A stretch of DNA of 64,000 nucleotides from the human T2T-CHM13v2.0 reference genome, Homo sapiens: assembly GCF_009914755.1 (NCBI RefSeq), contig NC_060932.1; one strand, given 5' to 3'. Below are positions 1 to 14,566 of the stretch, piece after piece. A program made the translations under genes and the position numbers. The notes beneath the pieces are model-generated. The model searched no databases, was not told where the DNA came from, and saw only the letters and a program-made list of their open reading frames with translations. The stretch's first letter is position 1. Each line of letters opens with the position of its first letter.

Positions 1-1707
1 AACTAAGATACCTATTTTACTGATTAGAAAATGACTGAGGCTCAGAATTATTAAGGACATACAGGAGTAAACTCAAAAGTTGAACAGAGGTAATTTTAGC
101 GAACCTCAAAGCTCAGGTTCTTTTCTTATATGTTGTGCTGCATCACCAACATCTCAACAGATGGATAAAAGTAAAATAATATTGGAAAATATACAGAGAA
201 AACAATGAGCACAGTGTCCTACTTATTCAAGTGCAGAACTGAGTTGCAGCTGGTGTTCAACAAGGAAAGGAGGTGGTGTGAGGGCATAGCAAACTCAAGC
301 ACTATTCAGGAAACCATCATTTTGAAGCAAATAAACCAGTGGATAGAGCAGGACAAAGACAATGCCACACCCCTGTTCAATTCTGAACTTGGGCAAGATG
401 GCTGGTGCTGGAAGACCAGGATCCAGTGCTAGGAAGACACCTTGGGGGAGCAAGGCAGGATTGCCAGAATTCCTGCCCAAGGAAGGGCCAGGCAGGGGCA
501 GCTGAACAGATATGGCATCCAGGAAACAGTTCAGGGAAACTCAGGCAGTAGCTCATCTCTGGAATGAGCCAGCATTGGAGATGGGCAGGAAATGGCGAGC
601 AGGGTTGATTCATGGACTGATTCTGTCTTGAAGGCACAGAGGCTGTTAGCTGTGGTCAGCAGCAAAGACCAATGGGGCTGTGTTAGTGACAGGACAGTGC
701 GTGAGGCTTTCTGCTTCTGTTAGGGTTTGCATAGAACTGAGTTTATGGTAGCAAATATTAGCAAAACAAACTCTGATGAACAGAGAAAACTGAGGCTGAG
801 GAAAGGTGCTGCAATGTTCACTGAAAAAGAGTCATGCCAAACTGATTTCTTCTACTGGCTTGACATGTGTACTGAATTTGAGACATTGATTGACAGAGTA
901 TATCTAGCGTCAGCAAGGCCTTTGACTAGGTCCCCCTTGATATTCTTACGTATAATTCATTCATTTTGATATTTGCAGAAGGCTATGGAGGAATGTTAGT
1001 ACAATTTCGTGAATGAACTAAATATTATCAATCGTTTGTGATCAATATCCAGCAGAGTGTCAAAAGCCTGCTTTCTTACTTCTGTCCTAGCTAATTTTCT
1101 CCTCAATGACACAATCCAGAGAGAGACCATTTCTAGGGTGGCATACCTTCACAAAGAGCCAGGATGCGATTCAGCTCTCAACAGGGGACTGTGATTAGCT
1201 GTTTGCCCAGGAGGAGGCAAGACAAAATGAGACCTGGGGACACGTTACCAGGGAAGGCACAGTCAGAAGAGAACAGATTGGTGCTCACTCTTCTTCCTGG
1301 CAGTGGGACTCCTGTGTGGATTTTTAATCAGGTCTATTTTTCTCACCCTTATTTCAGAAAACTTTTTAAAGAAGCTTATTGCATTTATAAAAATTTCGGC
1401 AATATTCTTTCTTGAAATACTGAGACAATTTACCTATAAACTGTGCTTTTTGACCAGAGGATATTGGCATCATGTAAATGTTAGCAACAAACGTTGTTTC
1501 ATGCAGAGACCAGATATTTTTGTCTTTTGCTATTATTGGTTTCTCATTATAATGGGAAAAAAAGCAAGGCCTATTTTGTCTGTTTCACCCCTTTTTCTAT
1601 CTTCAACATCTTTAATTATTTTCAACACCGTATCTTTAATTCATAAGGAGGTGGGTGAAATCTACCTTAATGTACTACCAGGATCAGGAGTTTAACACTT
1701 TATTTAA

Positions 1708-2297
<590 letters not shown>

Positions 2298-2361
2298 TAA
2301 CAGTTTTATTGAGGTACAATTCACATACCATACAGTTTGCCTGTTTAAAAAGTAAAATTCA

Positions 2362-2910
2362 TTCTTCCTATCCATGAGCATGGAATGTTTTTCCATTTGT
2401 TTGTGTTCTCTCTTATTTCCTTGAGCAGTGGTTTGTAGTTCTTCTTGAAGAGGTCCTTCACATTCCTTGTGAGTTGTATTCCTAGGTATTTTATTCTCTT
2501 TGTAGCAATTGCGAATGGGAGTTCACTCATGATTTGGCTCTCTGCTTGTCTATTGTTGGTGTATACAAATGCTTGTGATTTTTGCACATTGATTTTGTAT
2601 CCTGAGACTTTGCTGAAGTTGCTTATCAGCTTAAGGAGTTTTTGGGCTGAGACGATGGGGTTTTCTAAATATACACTCATGTCGTCTGCAAACAGAGACA
2701 ATTTGACTTCCTCTCTTCCTATTTGAATATCCTTTATTTCTTTCTCTTGCCTGATTGCCCTGGCCAGAACTTGATGCATGCGAGGCTTAAAACCTAGATG
2801 ATGGGTTGATAGGTGCAGCAAACCACCATGGCACATGTATACCTATGTAACAAACCTGCATGTTCTGCACATGTATCCCAGAACTTAAAGTAAAAAAAAA
2901 ATTATAAGAA
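2362..2910 (+). mobile_element. L1PA8-like insertion with 5' inversion (twin priming)
   Basis: Inverted ORF2 piece 2362-2772, then sense 3' end 2773-2910 (cgaggcttaaaacctagatg...cagaacttaaag plus A-tail); TSD aaaaagta(a/t)aattca at 2347-2361 and 2911-2925. Confidence 0.88.
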
Positions 2911-4543
2911 AAAAAGTATAATTCATAATTCTTAGTACATGTATAGAATTGTGCATCCAGCATCACCAGCTATTTAGAACATTTTCATCATCCCCCAAAG
3001 AAGCCCTGTGCTCTGTAGCCATCTCCTTTTCCCCTAGCCCCTCTATCTCCAGCAGCCCTAGGTGACAACTAATCTACTTTCTGTCTCAATAGATTTGCAT
3101 ATTCTGGGCATTTCGTATACATGGAATCATTTGGTCTTTTATGATTGAGTTTTTTTCACTTAGTGCAATGTTTGAAAGATTTGTCCATGGCTCGGCATGT
3201 ATTCATATTTCATTCCTTTTTGTTGACAAATAATAGTTTATTGTATAGATGTACCACATTTTGTTTACCCTTACATCCATGCATGGACATGTGGGTTGTT
3301 TCCACTTTTTGGCTGTAATGCATAATGCTGCTTACATAACACTTGCGTACAAGATTTTGTGTGCACATATGTTTTCATTTCCTTTGGTTGTGTACCTAAG
3401 CATTGACATGCCAGGCCATATGGTAATTCTATGTTTAGCTTTTCAAGGAACTGCCGGGCTATTTTCTTAAGTGGCTGCACCATTTTACATTCCAACCAGC
3501 AGTGTATGAGGGCTCTAATTTCTCCATATTCTCACCAACATTTGTAACTGTCTTTTTGATTATAGTCATCTTTGTGGGTGTGAAGTGATTTCTCACTCTG
3601 GTTTTTATTTGCATTTTACTAATGACTAATGATCTTGAGCATCTTTTCATGCACTTATTGGACATTTATGTAATTTATTTGGAGAAATGTCTTTTCAGAT
3701 CCTTTGCTCATTTAAAAAAATTGGGTTATTTTTCTCTTTTTTATTGAATTGTAGAAGTTTTAAAAATATATATTCTAGATAAAAGGCCATTATCAGAAAT
3801 ACAATTTATAAACATTTCCTCTGATTCTATAGATTGTCTTTTAACCTTTGACGGGTTTACTTGTAGGAACAAAGTTTAATTTTTGGTAGTTTCTAATTTA
3901 TCTATCTTTTCTTTTGTTGCTTGTGTTTTTGGTGTCATATAAAAAAAAAAATCATTGCCTAAGTTCAAGGTCACTGACAGTTAAGCCTATGCTTTTTTCC
4001 TGATACTTTCACAGTTTTAGCTCTTACGTTTAACTTTTTGATCCCTTTCAAGTTAATTTTTGGTGTGAGGTAGGGGTCTTTTTTATTCTTTTGCATGCAG
4101 ATAGTTGATTATCCTAGAATTTTTGTTGAAAAGGCCATTTTTTTTCTCCCATTGAATTGTCTTGGCGCCTTTCTTGAAAATCAATTAACTGTAAATGTGG
4201 GACTTATTACTGGGCTTTCAATTTTATTCCATTGGTCTGTATGTCTAATTTTATGCCAGCTCCACATTCTCTTAATTGCTGTAGCTTTTTAGTAAGTTTT
4301 GAAATTGGGAAGTGTGAGTCATGCAACTTTGTTATTCATTTTCAACATTACTTTGACTATTTGAGGTTCCTAGAATTTCCATATGAATTTATGATCAGTT
4401 TGTCCATTTCTGCAACTAAGAAGTTGGATTGAAATTGCATTGAATATACAGGTTAATTTGCCATCTTAACATTATGTGGCCTCTCAATCCATGAACTTCT
4501 TTCCATTTATTTAGATTTGCTTTGACTCTGCTTTAGTTTCTTT

Positions 4544-4883
4544 CCTTCCTTCCTTCCTTCCTTCCTTCCTTCCATCCTTTCTTTCTTTTTTTTCTTTCTT
4601 CTTCTTTTTTTTTTTTTTTTTGTCTCCTAGGCTAGAGTGCAGTGGTGCGATCTCAGCTCACTTAACCTCCACCTCCTGGATTCGAGCGATACTCCTGCCT
4701 CAGCCTCCTGAGTAGCTGGGATTACAGGTGCCTGCCTCCGCACCCAGCTAATTTTTGTATTTTTAGTAGAGACAGGGTTCTACCATGTTGATCAGGCTGG
4801 TCTTCAATTCCAATCTCAAGTGATCTGCTGGCCTTGGTCTCCCAAAGTACTGGGATTACAGACATGAGCCACTGCACCTGGCC
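4544..4883 (-). mobile_element. AluS with (CCTT)n/T tail
   Basis: Reverse Alu body 4622-4883; degenerate TSD tgcttta(g/a)ttt(c/a)ttt at 4529-4543 and 4884-4898. Confidence 0.9.
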
Positions 4884-5305
4884 TGCTTTAATTTATTTCA
4901 ATGATGTTTTCCAGTTTTCAGAGAATATATTTTGTACTTTTTTTGAAAATTTATTCTTACCTATTTTATTCTTGGTGCTACTTTAAACAGTTTATTTCTT
5001 AGTTTTGTATTTGGTTTGTTCTTTGCTATTGTACAGAGATACAATTGATTTTTGTATATTGGCCATGTAACCTGAAATCCTGTTGAACTTGTTTATTCTA
5101 ATAGCTTTTTTAGATATATTGGGATTTTCTATATACAAGATTATGTCATTTGCATATAGAGATAGTTTTACTCCTTCCTTTCTAATCTGGATGCCTTTTA
5201 TTTCTTTTCTTGCTCAATTGCCCTGGCTGAAGCCTCCAGTAAATGTTATAGTAGCTAGAGTGAACATCTCTGTCTTATTCCTGGTATTAAAAGGAGAGAA
5301 TATAG

Positions 5306-5681
<376 letters not shown>

Positions 5682-6284
5682 GGAAATTTCCTTCTATTAC
5701 TAGTTTGTTGAGCATAACATTAAAATCTTAATGGCAAATGAACAACAAATCAGTGTGCTTGTTTAAACCTTACTCCCTATAATGTATATTAAATGCTAAA
5801 GAATGATCCCAAACCCTTACATTTACTGCTGCAAAAGATAGCCTCTCAACAAAAATCTTCAAGGCTATTAGAGAAAGACCAAGTCTAGAGAATCCAAGAA
5901 AAAGCGTGAAGAATTGTGAAGTCTGTGTAAGGAGACAGCATGAGGTAGGAGAGGCTAAGGACTGCTAGGTGTAGGATAGGAGGAGGAGGGGGAACCAGAA
6001 CTGAGCTGGGGGGTATCAAATGCTGGGAGGGTATGGTGAGGAGGCCAAACCCTGGTTCCTGATACATGCATGTAGAGGGAGGGTGAATTCATGCTCCTCT
6101 TAGAGAAGCAAGCTGTCATCATCTCCAACAAAACACTCACGTAATGGTGGTTTCTCCTAATGAGTAATTCTGAGTGAAGGGATAAGCTTTGCAGGATATA
6201 CTGGGTAAACTTTCACTGTGCAGGGGTGGTTTAACTTGTTTTTTAATTTTTTATTCTGACTATTTTCCTTCTTTTTTGTGTTTT

Positions 6285-6930
6285 GTTTTTTAATTTTAAT
6301 TGACAAATAATTATACATATTCACAGAGTACATAGTGATGTTCTGATACATACGTACAGTGATCAGATCATGGTAATGAGCACCTCCATCATCCCAAACA
6401 TTCATCATTTCTTTGGGTTGAGAATATTCAATATCTTACTTCTAGCTATTTGAAACTATACACTATACTATTGTTAACTTTAATCATCCTACAGTGCTAT
6501 GGAACACCAAAACTGATTCCTTCTATTCAGCTGTGTTTTTGCATTCTTTCACAAATTTTTCCCGTTCTCCCTTCCTCCTACCCTTCCTAGCCTGTAGTAT
6601 CTTCTGTTCTGCTTTTTACTTCTATGAGATCAACTTTTCATAGCTTCCACATGTAAGTGAGAACATGCAGTGTTTAACTTTCTGTCCCTGGCTTGTTTCA
6701 CTTAATGTAATGGCCTCCAGTTCCATCCATGTTGCCACGAGTAAAAAGATTCATCCTTTTTTATGGCTAAATAGTATTCCATTGTGTGTATATATAAACA
6801 TTTTTAAAATCTATTCATCTGTTATTGGATACCTAGGTTGATTCCATATCTTGGCTATTGTGAATAGTGCTGCAATAAACATGGGCGACAGATGTCTCTT
6901 TGATATACTGATTTTTTTTCCTTTGCATAA
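6285..6930 (-). mobile_element. L1MA-type 3' fragment
   Basis: taattgacaaataattatacatattcac 3' end; ttccatccatgttg and ggctattgtgaatagtgctgcaataaacatggg L1 motifs. Confidence 0.8.
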
Positions 6931-7028
6931 AGTTTTTAAAAGCTTGCTGATAAGTAAAAATTTGTTTTTTTAAAAAAATTGCAGTAAAGTCTTTCTTCTG
7001 TATCAGTTGCTTTGAAAGTTGAGCAACT

Positions 7029-7321
7029 GGCCAGGTGTGATGGCTCACACCTGTAATTCCAGCACTTTGGGAGGCCAAGGAGAGTGGATGACTTGAGGTC
7101 AGGAGTTTGAGGCCAGCCTGGCCAACAAGGTGAAACCCTGTCTCTACCAAAAATATAAAAATTAGCCAGGCATGGTGGCAGGCACCTGCAGTCCCAGCTA
7201 CTCAGGAGGCTGAGACAGGAGAGTCGCTTGAACCTGGGAGGTGGAGGTTGCAGTGAGCAGAGATCGTGCATTGTACTCCAGCCTGGGCAACATAGCGAGA
7301 CTCCATCTCAAAAAAAAAAAA
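7029..7321 (+). mobile_element. AluS (Sx-like) SINE
   Basis: Full dimeric Alu plus A-tail; perfect TSD aaagttgagcaact at 7015-7028 and 7322-7335. Confidence 0.95.
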
Positions 7322-8819
7322 AAAGTTGAGCAACTAGGAACAGAAGTGAATGAGCACGATAAATCATTGGATTAGCTGAATCCATCACTGCTCCAGCTAG
7401 TTTAAAACAACAAAGACTAACCTTTGGCACAGCCAGGGTCTGACATGGCCAGGGTGAGCAAGGAGAGGGCATCAAATCTGAGTGAAGAACAAGAAACCAT
7501 TTAAGAGAAAGCCCAGCATCAGTGCTTATAAAAGTTAATGAAGCTATAAGCCACCAGATGCGAGATGAGAATGAAGCAGGTCCAGATAGCCTTCAGCACT
7601 AAATGTGGGGTGACAGAGCTTCCCAGTCAGCCTCAGCCCTTCCCTCAGGGGTACACCCTTGAAGGTGTTGCAGGCACAGCCACTGAGCACCCAGTGGCTG
7701 GAACCAAGAAGACGTGATCCCTCAGTGTGTCCTGTGTCTGCACAGCAGTCTAGGAGGCCCTGTAATGGGGAGCAGGAAACTTGGGTCTTTCTAGGTAAAG
7801 ACTCCGGGCAGAAAATCAAGAGTAATGTCTAACAGACAAAACTTCAACAGCTAGAAACCTCTTCCCTAATAAGGAGGAAACCTGACTGAAAAGAAACAAG
7901 CTTAATGAGTTGTTTTGACAGGTAGATCTACTGGCCCATTAAGACAATTTCGTGCCTCTGTTGAAGTGAGATAGTACCTGATTATAAACTCACAGAGCAT
8001 TCTCCAAAGGGTAGGTGTTAAGTTGTTGGTAGTTTCTTTGTAATGTTTTGTTGCCTGCCTTTATAGGGTAGCTCAATATAAATATGTAACTACTTTGAGA
8101 ATTATTTCCTTTCTTGGGGGATAATTGGTTTAGCTCATAATGGAGGTTGTTTTGAATGGGAAATGGTCTTATCTATTCCCTTACATAAATGAAAAATTTG
8201 TTAGAGGGATATTTTTAAGGCTAAAGATTCTTTCATTTTCTTGACAAATTATCTCCTAAGACTGGTAGGTAATTGTGAAATCACAATGACAGAGATGGGA
8301 GAAAGCTGCTACTCTTCTTGTTTGAATTACTTTGCAGGTTCAGAAATAAAATGCTGCAATTCTGACGTCTTTCCATTGTAACAGGAAACAGACAAGGTAT
8401 TACAAAAATTGCTCATGTTCCCAAATTGGACTGTGAAATTATTGGTTGTCTTTCAGAGGGTGTGAAAATATTCAGATCTCAGAATTTTTATCTAACTTTC
8501 ACAGACATAAATGCTCATTTTATTACTTTTAAATGACTTTTCTGCAAGACTTCATCCATGTTTGTGGGAATCTGATGCATGTGTGTACATGAAGAAGGTA
8601 GATTTTCTGTTTCTCACCCAGATTATACTGATATGTAGAACAAGTGGAAGTGGAAACAGCAAAGATGCCCCACACAGTGATATTTGATTACATAGATGTT
8701 GTTTCTGTTTTTGAATGTGCCTCTGACGGTTTGAATAGTAAACTACCAGGATTTAGAGACTGTTAGGATGCTAGCTTGGAGGACTCCATCAGACGCACTC
8801 AGGGCGTTCATAAGATTAG

Positions 8820-8960
8820 CCTTCCCAGCCCTGATCCCTCTCCCAACCATCCCACTCAGATCTATCTAGTCAGAATCTGTACATGCCACTCAGGGAATCT
8901 GTTTCTTTAATAAGAATTCTTGGGTGATTCTAAAGTTTTAACCAGTTTTGGAGCTACTAA
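8820..8960. mobile_element. Degenerate MER5-like hAT MITE fragment
   Basis: cagaatct...gggaatctgtttctttaataag...gggtgattct...ttttggagctact resembles the MER5 right half. Confidence 0.45.
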
Positions 8961-9554
8961 ACTTTTCCAGTTTCTCTGTGTTATAGAAGAAGAAATGAGA
9001 CTCAGCATGGTATAACCCTAAACTGTCAGAAAATGTTGCAGAGGTTTTCAGTGATGTGCTAAGGTCATGCAGCTATTCAGCGACAGCCCTGTTCTCTGGT
9101 CCTGGTTAAGAGCTTTGCCTCTTCCCATGGCCTAGAGGAGGCTGAGGTCTCTGTTGCAGCTGCACCACAATGCAGCTTCTCTCTCTGCCTACTCCTGCTT
9201 TCTTCACTTCCCAGCCACCTCCTGCACACAAACCTCTTCCTCAGAATAGGTTTTTTTTTTTGAAATTCAGCCTGACACATAGGTCTGCTGTCAGATGCAC
9301 ACATCTCTGCCCTGCTCAAGCATTCATCAGTATATTTCTCCAGCATGCCACTGGAAATGTTGATCCCACTTTTTCTTAAGTTTTGCAATAAAACTCAGGG
9401 GGGAGAAAAGAAGAGGAGAGGGGGAGGCAACATGGAGGGCAACCTGGTTTTTACAGTTCCAGTGCTAAGTGACGTACCTTACCACTTCTCTACCTAATCT
9501 GAAAGCGACCAACAGTAATGGGCAAAATAGCTTACATAGGAATTCCTATGTATT

Positions 9555-10003
9555 TGTGAAAGTTGTCAGAATCAAAACCAAGCCACTTGTGTTTTAAAAA
9601 AAAAAAAAAAAAAAGCCTGACAAATAGAGCCAGGGAAGGCCATGAAAGAAAGGGTCTGATAGCAAGGTAACTGTCACAAAAGACTGCAAAAACCGCAAGC
9701 TAGTACAAAGACTATTGGAACCTTACACATACATGCAAAAATACTTCTTCAAGGACTTCTGCCCAGCAACTGCCTGTCCAACCTCAGACTGGTGCTGCTC
9801 TTGTTATTGATCCCCATAGCCAAGGATAATTATCTCAAAAACAATTATGTAATCCTCCTCATCTCTCCTTTAAGACACTTTGCCTTCCTTTTACCTCCCT
9901 GAATGCACACATAGGTTACTATATGTGTCTTCCCATTGTAATGCCTATTCCTGCAGAAGCATCATTTTTTCTTAGAGAATCTCTCTTCGTTGTTATTTAG
10001 ACA
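9555..10003 (+). mobile_element. Solo ERV1 LTR, LTR54-type
   Basis: TG...CA termini (tgtgaaagttgtcagaatcaaaa ... ttagaca); 4-bp TSD tatt at 9551-9554 and 10004-10007. Confidence 0.8.
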
Positions 10004-11354
10004 TATTGCATTAAGATTATAATTTGCATCAACGTTACGTATTCTCAAGTAGAGTATTTTTATTTCTGAATTTTAGTTCATGTTCAGAAATTCTGGAAAA
10101 ATGGCTGTGAATTGTTAGTGCAAAAATGTAATTCTTCCACAGATATTCAATACATATTTGGAGAATGATTTCATCAAGTGATTTTGATAAGTGAAGTTCT
10201 TAGAAAAAAATTCTGCAAATATGGGAACTTTTTTTAGGCACCATTAGGACAAAAGGTCTAAATTATTATAGAAAAAAATTCATTCTATTAGCCTGTTAGA
10301 AGAGAAAATCTGTTAGAAAAGATGTCTGAGGTGAATTTTTAAACACTAAAATGTTCTTTCCTTAAGAACAATTGCATTTTGCATTTATGCAACTGCATAA
10401 CAACTTTAAAGAAAGAAAATTTTTCATATATTCATCTATCATCCAGCTGCTTTAGATGTGATAGCTCATTTACCTTGAATGATCATGTATGCTTTATAAA
10501 TATAATATTTATATATACTTACATTGCATTAGAATTTTCAGTTTTCCCTTATGATTTCTTTTAAACAAATCTGACTTTTACCAAATAGTCTCAGTAGAGG
10601 ATAGTAAAAATAGGAATGTATCTTCTATCTCATTAAGTTATTTAAATACTTTGTTGAAGTTTTAGGCCTTCTTTCTCAGTGCAGTGTTGGAATACATTCT
10701 TTCTATATTTCAAAATCGCAGTTTAAAATAAAAGGTTGATTAAGTTATTTCAGTGGATCTGAATTGATGCTGTCATTAATTAAAATTACATTTATTAAAA
10801 TTCAGGTAAAATGAGGAAAATATATTGAAGTAAGCTTTTCATAGGAAAGTCTGAAACATTTTAAGATAAATGCTCATTGTACCTGATCTAAAATAACACT
10901 ATTCTGAACTAGCATTTATTTCTACTTATAATTTTAATTCTGTTCAAGGCAAAAACTATGAACTCCTATAATACAGAATTTGTAAGTCTAGATACTTTAC
11001 GAAAAATCATTATCCATTCAAGAGACTAACTGAATGCTTGGGATATGCCAGCTTATATCTTTGGTACAAGATAAATATGATTTGGTTTCTTCTACCAAGA
11101 AACTCATAATTTGGTAGAAAGATGGATGTAAAGCAGATAAATTCATTATTTCGTATATACTGTAATGTCAGCAACTTCATTATAGCTACTTACTATGGAA
11201 CTTAACATAAATAAGCACCAAACATTTTTGGTTATCCTTAGTTAAAATTATAGTTAATCCCATAGCCCCACGTTTTCATTTTAGTTAGTGACCAACTGTG
11301 AATGACAAAAATGTTGACATGAGTTGTTCTGAAACTTTAAAACACTGGGAACCT

Positions 11355-12145
11355 TTTTTTAAGGTAAATTTCACATAACAAAATATTAATTATTTTTCAA
11401 ATAAATTGTTCAGTAGCATTTTGTACATTCACAATGTTCTACAACCACTGAGTCTAATTCCAAAACATTTTCATCACTCTCCAAAAACCTTGTACCCAGG
11501 AAGCAGTTTCTCCTTATTCCCCTTCTCCCCAGCTCCTAGAAACGACCAATCATGTGTACTCTGTCTCTATGGATTTATCTATGATAGATATTTCATATAA
11601 ACAAAGCCATAAAATGTGTGATCATTTCTGTCTGGTTTCTTTCACTTAACACGTTTTTGAGATTCATCAGCATTGTAGCATGAAATATTCCATTGTGTGG
11701 ATATACTACAATTTGTGTATCCATTCACGGGTTGATGAACAATTCAACTGTTTCAGCCATTTAGCTATTGTGAATAGCACTGCACTATTTTACAATCCCA
11801 CCAACAACATATGAGAGTTCCAATTTCTTCGTATCCTCACCAGCACTTGTTATTTTCCTTTTTTGTTTAAGTTTTTTTTTTTTAAATTATAGCCATCCTA
11901 GTGAGTGTGAAGTGCTATCTTATTGTTGCTTTGATTTGCACTTCCCTAATGACTAATGATTTTGAGCATCTTTTCTTGTGCTTTTTGGCCTTTTCTGTGT
12001 CTTTTTTGGAGAAATATCTAAGTCCTTTGCCTATTTTTAATCAGGTTGTTTGTCTTTTTGCTGTTGAGTTGTAAAATTTCTTTATGTATTCTGGATCCTA
12101 GACCCTTATTGATTATATGATTTGCAAATAATTCTCATTCTAGTA
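11355..12145 (-). mobile_element. L1MB-type 3' fragment
   Basis: aaggtaaatttcacataac 3' end; ctctgtctctatggattt, ttccctaatgactaatgat L1M motifs. Confidence 0.8.
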
Positions 12146-12185
12146 AAACTTTCTTCTTTTGTGTTCCCAAAGAGATAAATGTCCG

Positions 12186-12476
<291 letters not shown>

Positions 12477-14566
12477 AGATAAATGTCCTTAATTATCTCT
12501 TCCACGAACCCTTCTTTGACTCTCCCCAGTGCTCTCTGTCTGCTTTGTTTCATGTATACTTTTATGCTTCTCATATTTATCTGGTGGTTTGGTGGAAAGG
12601 GAAAAAGTTTAAAATTCTGGTTAATTATATGCCAATCCCCATAATCTTGCATGGCTGCCCACTTAATATTCTCCCTCAGAATAATGAGTGGAAGAGCAGA
12701 GCTATTTTTACATCTATAAATTGTGATTTTTCTTTAATGTTCCATAGGAAAAGATGTAAGTTGTTCTCTGTGAACTTGAGGAATGGTGAATAACTATTTA
12801 GCTAGCCAGCCTAGCCACAGCTCCAATATACTAGCCTGGGTGATCTAGTTTACACTGTATCAATCCTAACTATTATACTAGGATAACATTTTATTTGGAG
12901 GAAGTGAGAAATGCCCATTTCTAGAGGGCCAAATCAAGTATGTGGTACTTGTTGATCATTGTTTTAATATGTACAAAATGCTGTTGACTTTCCTTTTATT
13001 TGGTATGTCATGTTTATTGTTTATGTTAAAAATGCAAAAGGGGGGGCAGGGCCAAGATGGCCCACTAGGAACAACAACAATCAGAGGCTCCCATTGAAAA
13101 GAAGCATATTTAGTATGTGAATCCTTCACTGGCAACCAATATATTCAGGTTCTCTCGTCAGAATTGACTAGGCAGCTGATGTGATCCGCGGAAAGGAAGG
13201 AAGAGCAGTGTGGTGCAGCGGCCCACCTGAGAGCCACATGGGGCAAGGGAGCACCCGCTTCCCGGCCAAGGGAGGCAGTGAGTAAACATGCTACCTAGCT
13301 GGGGAAACTGTGTTTTATCCACAGAACTGTGCAACCCATGGATCAAAGATTCCACTTGCAAACCCACACCACTGGGGCCCAGAGTCCCAACCCCCAACCC
13401 TGGAGCCCTGCAGATTCTCAGTAGCCTCTCAGCTGGAATCTGCCTAAGCCTACTGTGCCCCTTGAGGCGGGGGGAGGGGCGACCAACACCACAGCTGAAG
13501 CTGCCTGCTGCCTAAGCTGTTTGAGCTCCTTGGGGGAGGGGCAGCAGCCAATACTGGGACTGATAGCAACCTAACACATTAAGCTCCCAGGGTGGGGAAG
13601 GGCAGCAGCTATCTCTATTGCTCCAGGCCACACTTTTCCCCTGCTGAAGCCAGGGAGGCTGGACGGCTTGGTCTCCAAGAGGTGTCCCCCACAGCCCAAC
13701 ACACCAGCTGTGGCAGACTGCGGCCAGAGCACCTCTTCAGGCCTGACCCTGACACACCCTTCCTCACTGGGTGGGGCTTCCCTGCAGGAACTCCAACAAC
13801 TCCAGCCAGAAGCTCAGGGACAGAACCCGGATCTCCCTAGGCCTGAGCACTTAGAGGGAGGGGTGGTCACAGTCTCTGCAGACCAGCAGACTTAGCCTTT
13901 CCTCCTGGTAGTTCTGAGGAATCCCAGCAGTCCAGATGAGTGGGTTTTCCCCCCAGCGAAGCACACCCCCTCCACCAAGGGAAAGTCAAAGTGCTTCGTT
14001 AAATGGGTCATGTTCCCTGTGCCACCCAACTGTGTGAGACCCTGTCTGTTGTCAGACATCCTATACAGGAGCATTCCTACTGGCATCAGGTCAGTGCCCC
14101 TCAAGGTAGAAGATCCCAGAAGAAGGAGCAGGCATTCATCTTTGCTGCTCTGGAAACCACCAGTCATGTGTGCTCTGTCTCTATGGATTTACCTATCATA
14201 GATATTTCATATAAACAAAGTCATACAATGTGTGATCATTTTTGTACAGTTTCTTTCACTTAACGTGTTTTTAAGATTCATCAGCCTTGTAGCATGAAAT
14301 ATTCCATTGTGTAGATATACTACAATGTATTTATCCATTCATGGGTTGACATCTCCATGTGTAGGAGTGAACTAGATGAACAGCGCCTGAAGTGAAACCC
14401 CCACAAACCGAAGCAGCCCTACAGAAGAGGGACCTGACCATTGAAAGAAAAGAAAAACAAGCAAACAGAAAGCAACAACAACAGCATCAACAACAAAAAA
14501 GTCCCCACAAAAACCCCATTCAAGGGTCAGCAGCCTCAAGAATCGAAACTAGACAAACTCGTGAAG

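Noticed and set aside
205-969. Short ORFs in unique sequence (75, 86 and 80 aa)
   Set aside because: No recognisable domain or exon structure; lengths expected by chance
6833-7271. ORFs with [17 protein letters not shown] / LSLLSSWD motifs (similar at 5345, 27519, 30486, 36731, 47284)
   Set aside because: Typical Alu read-through peptides
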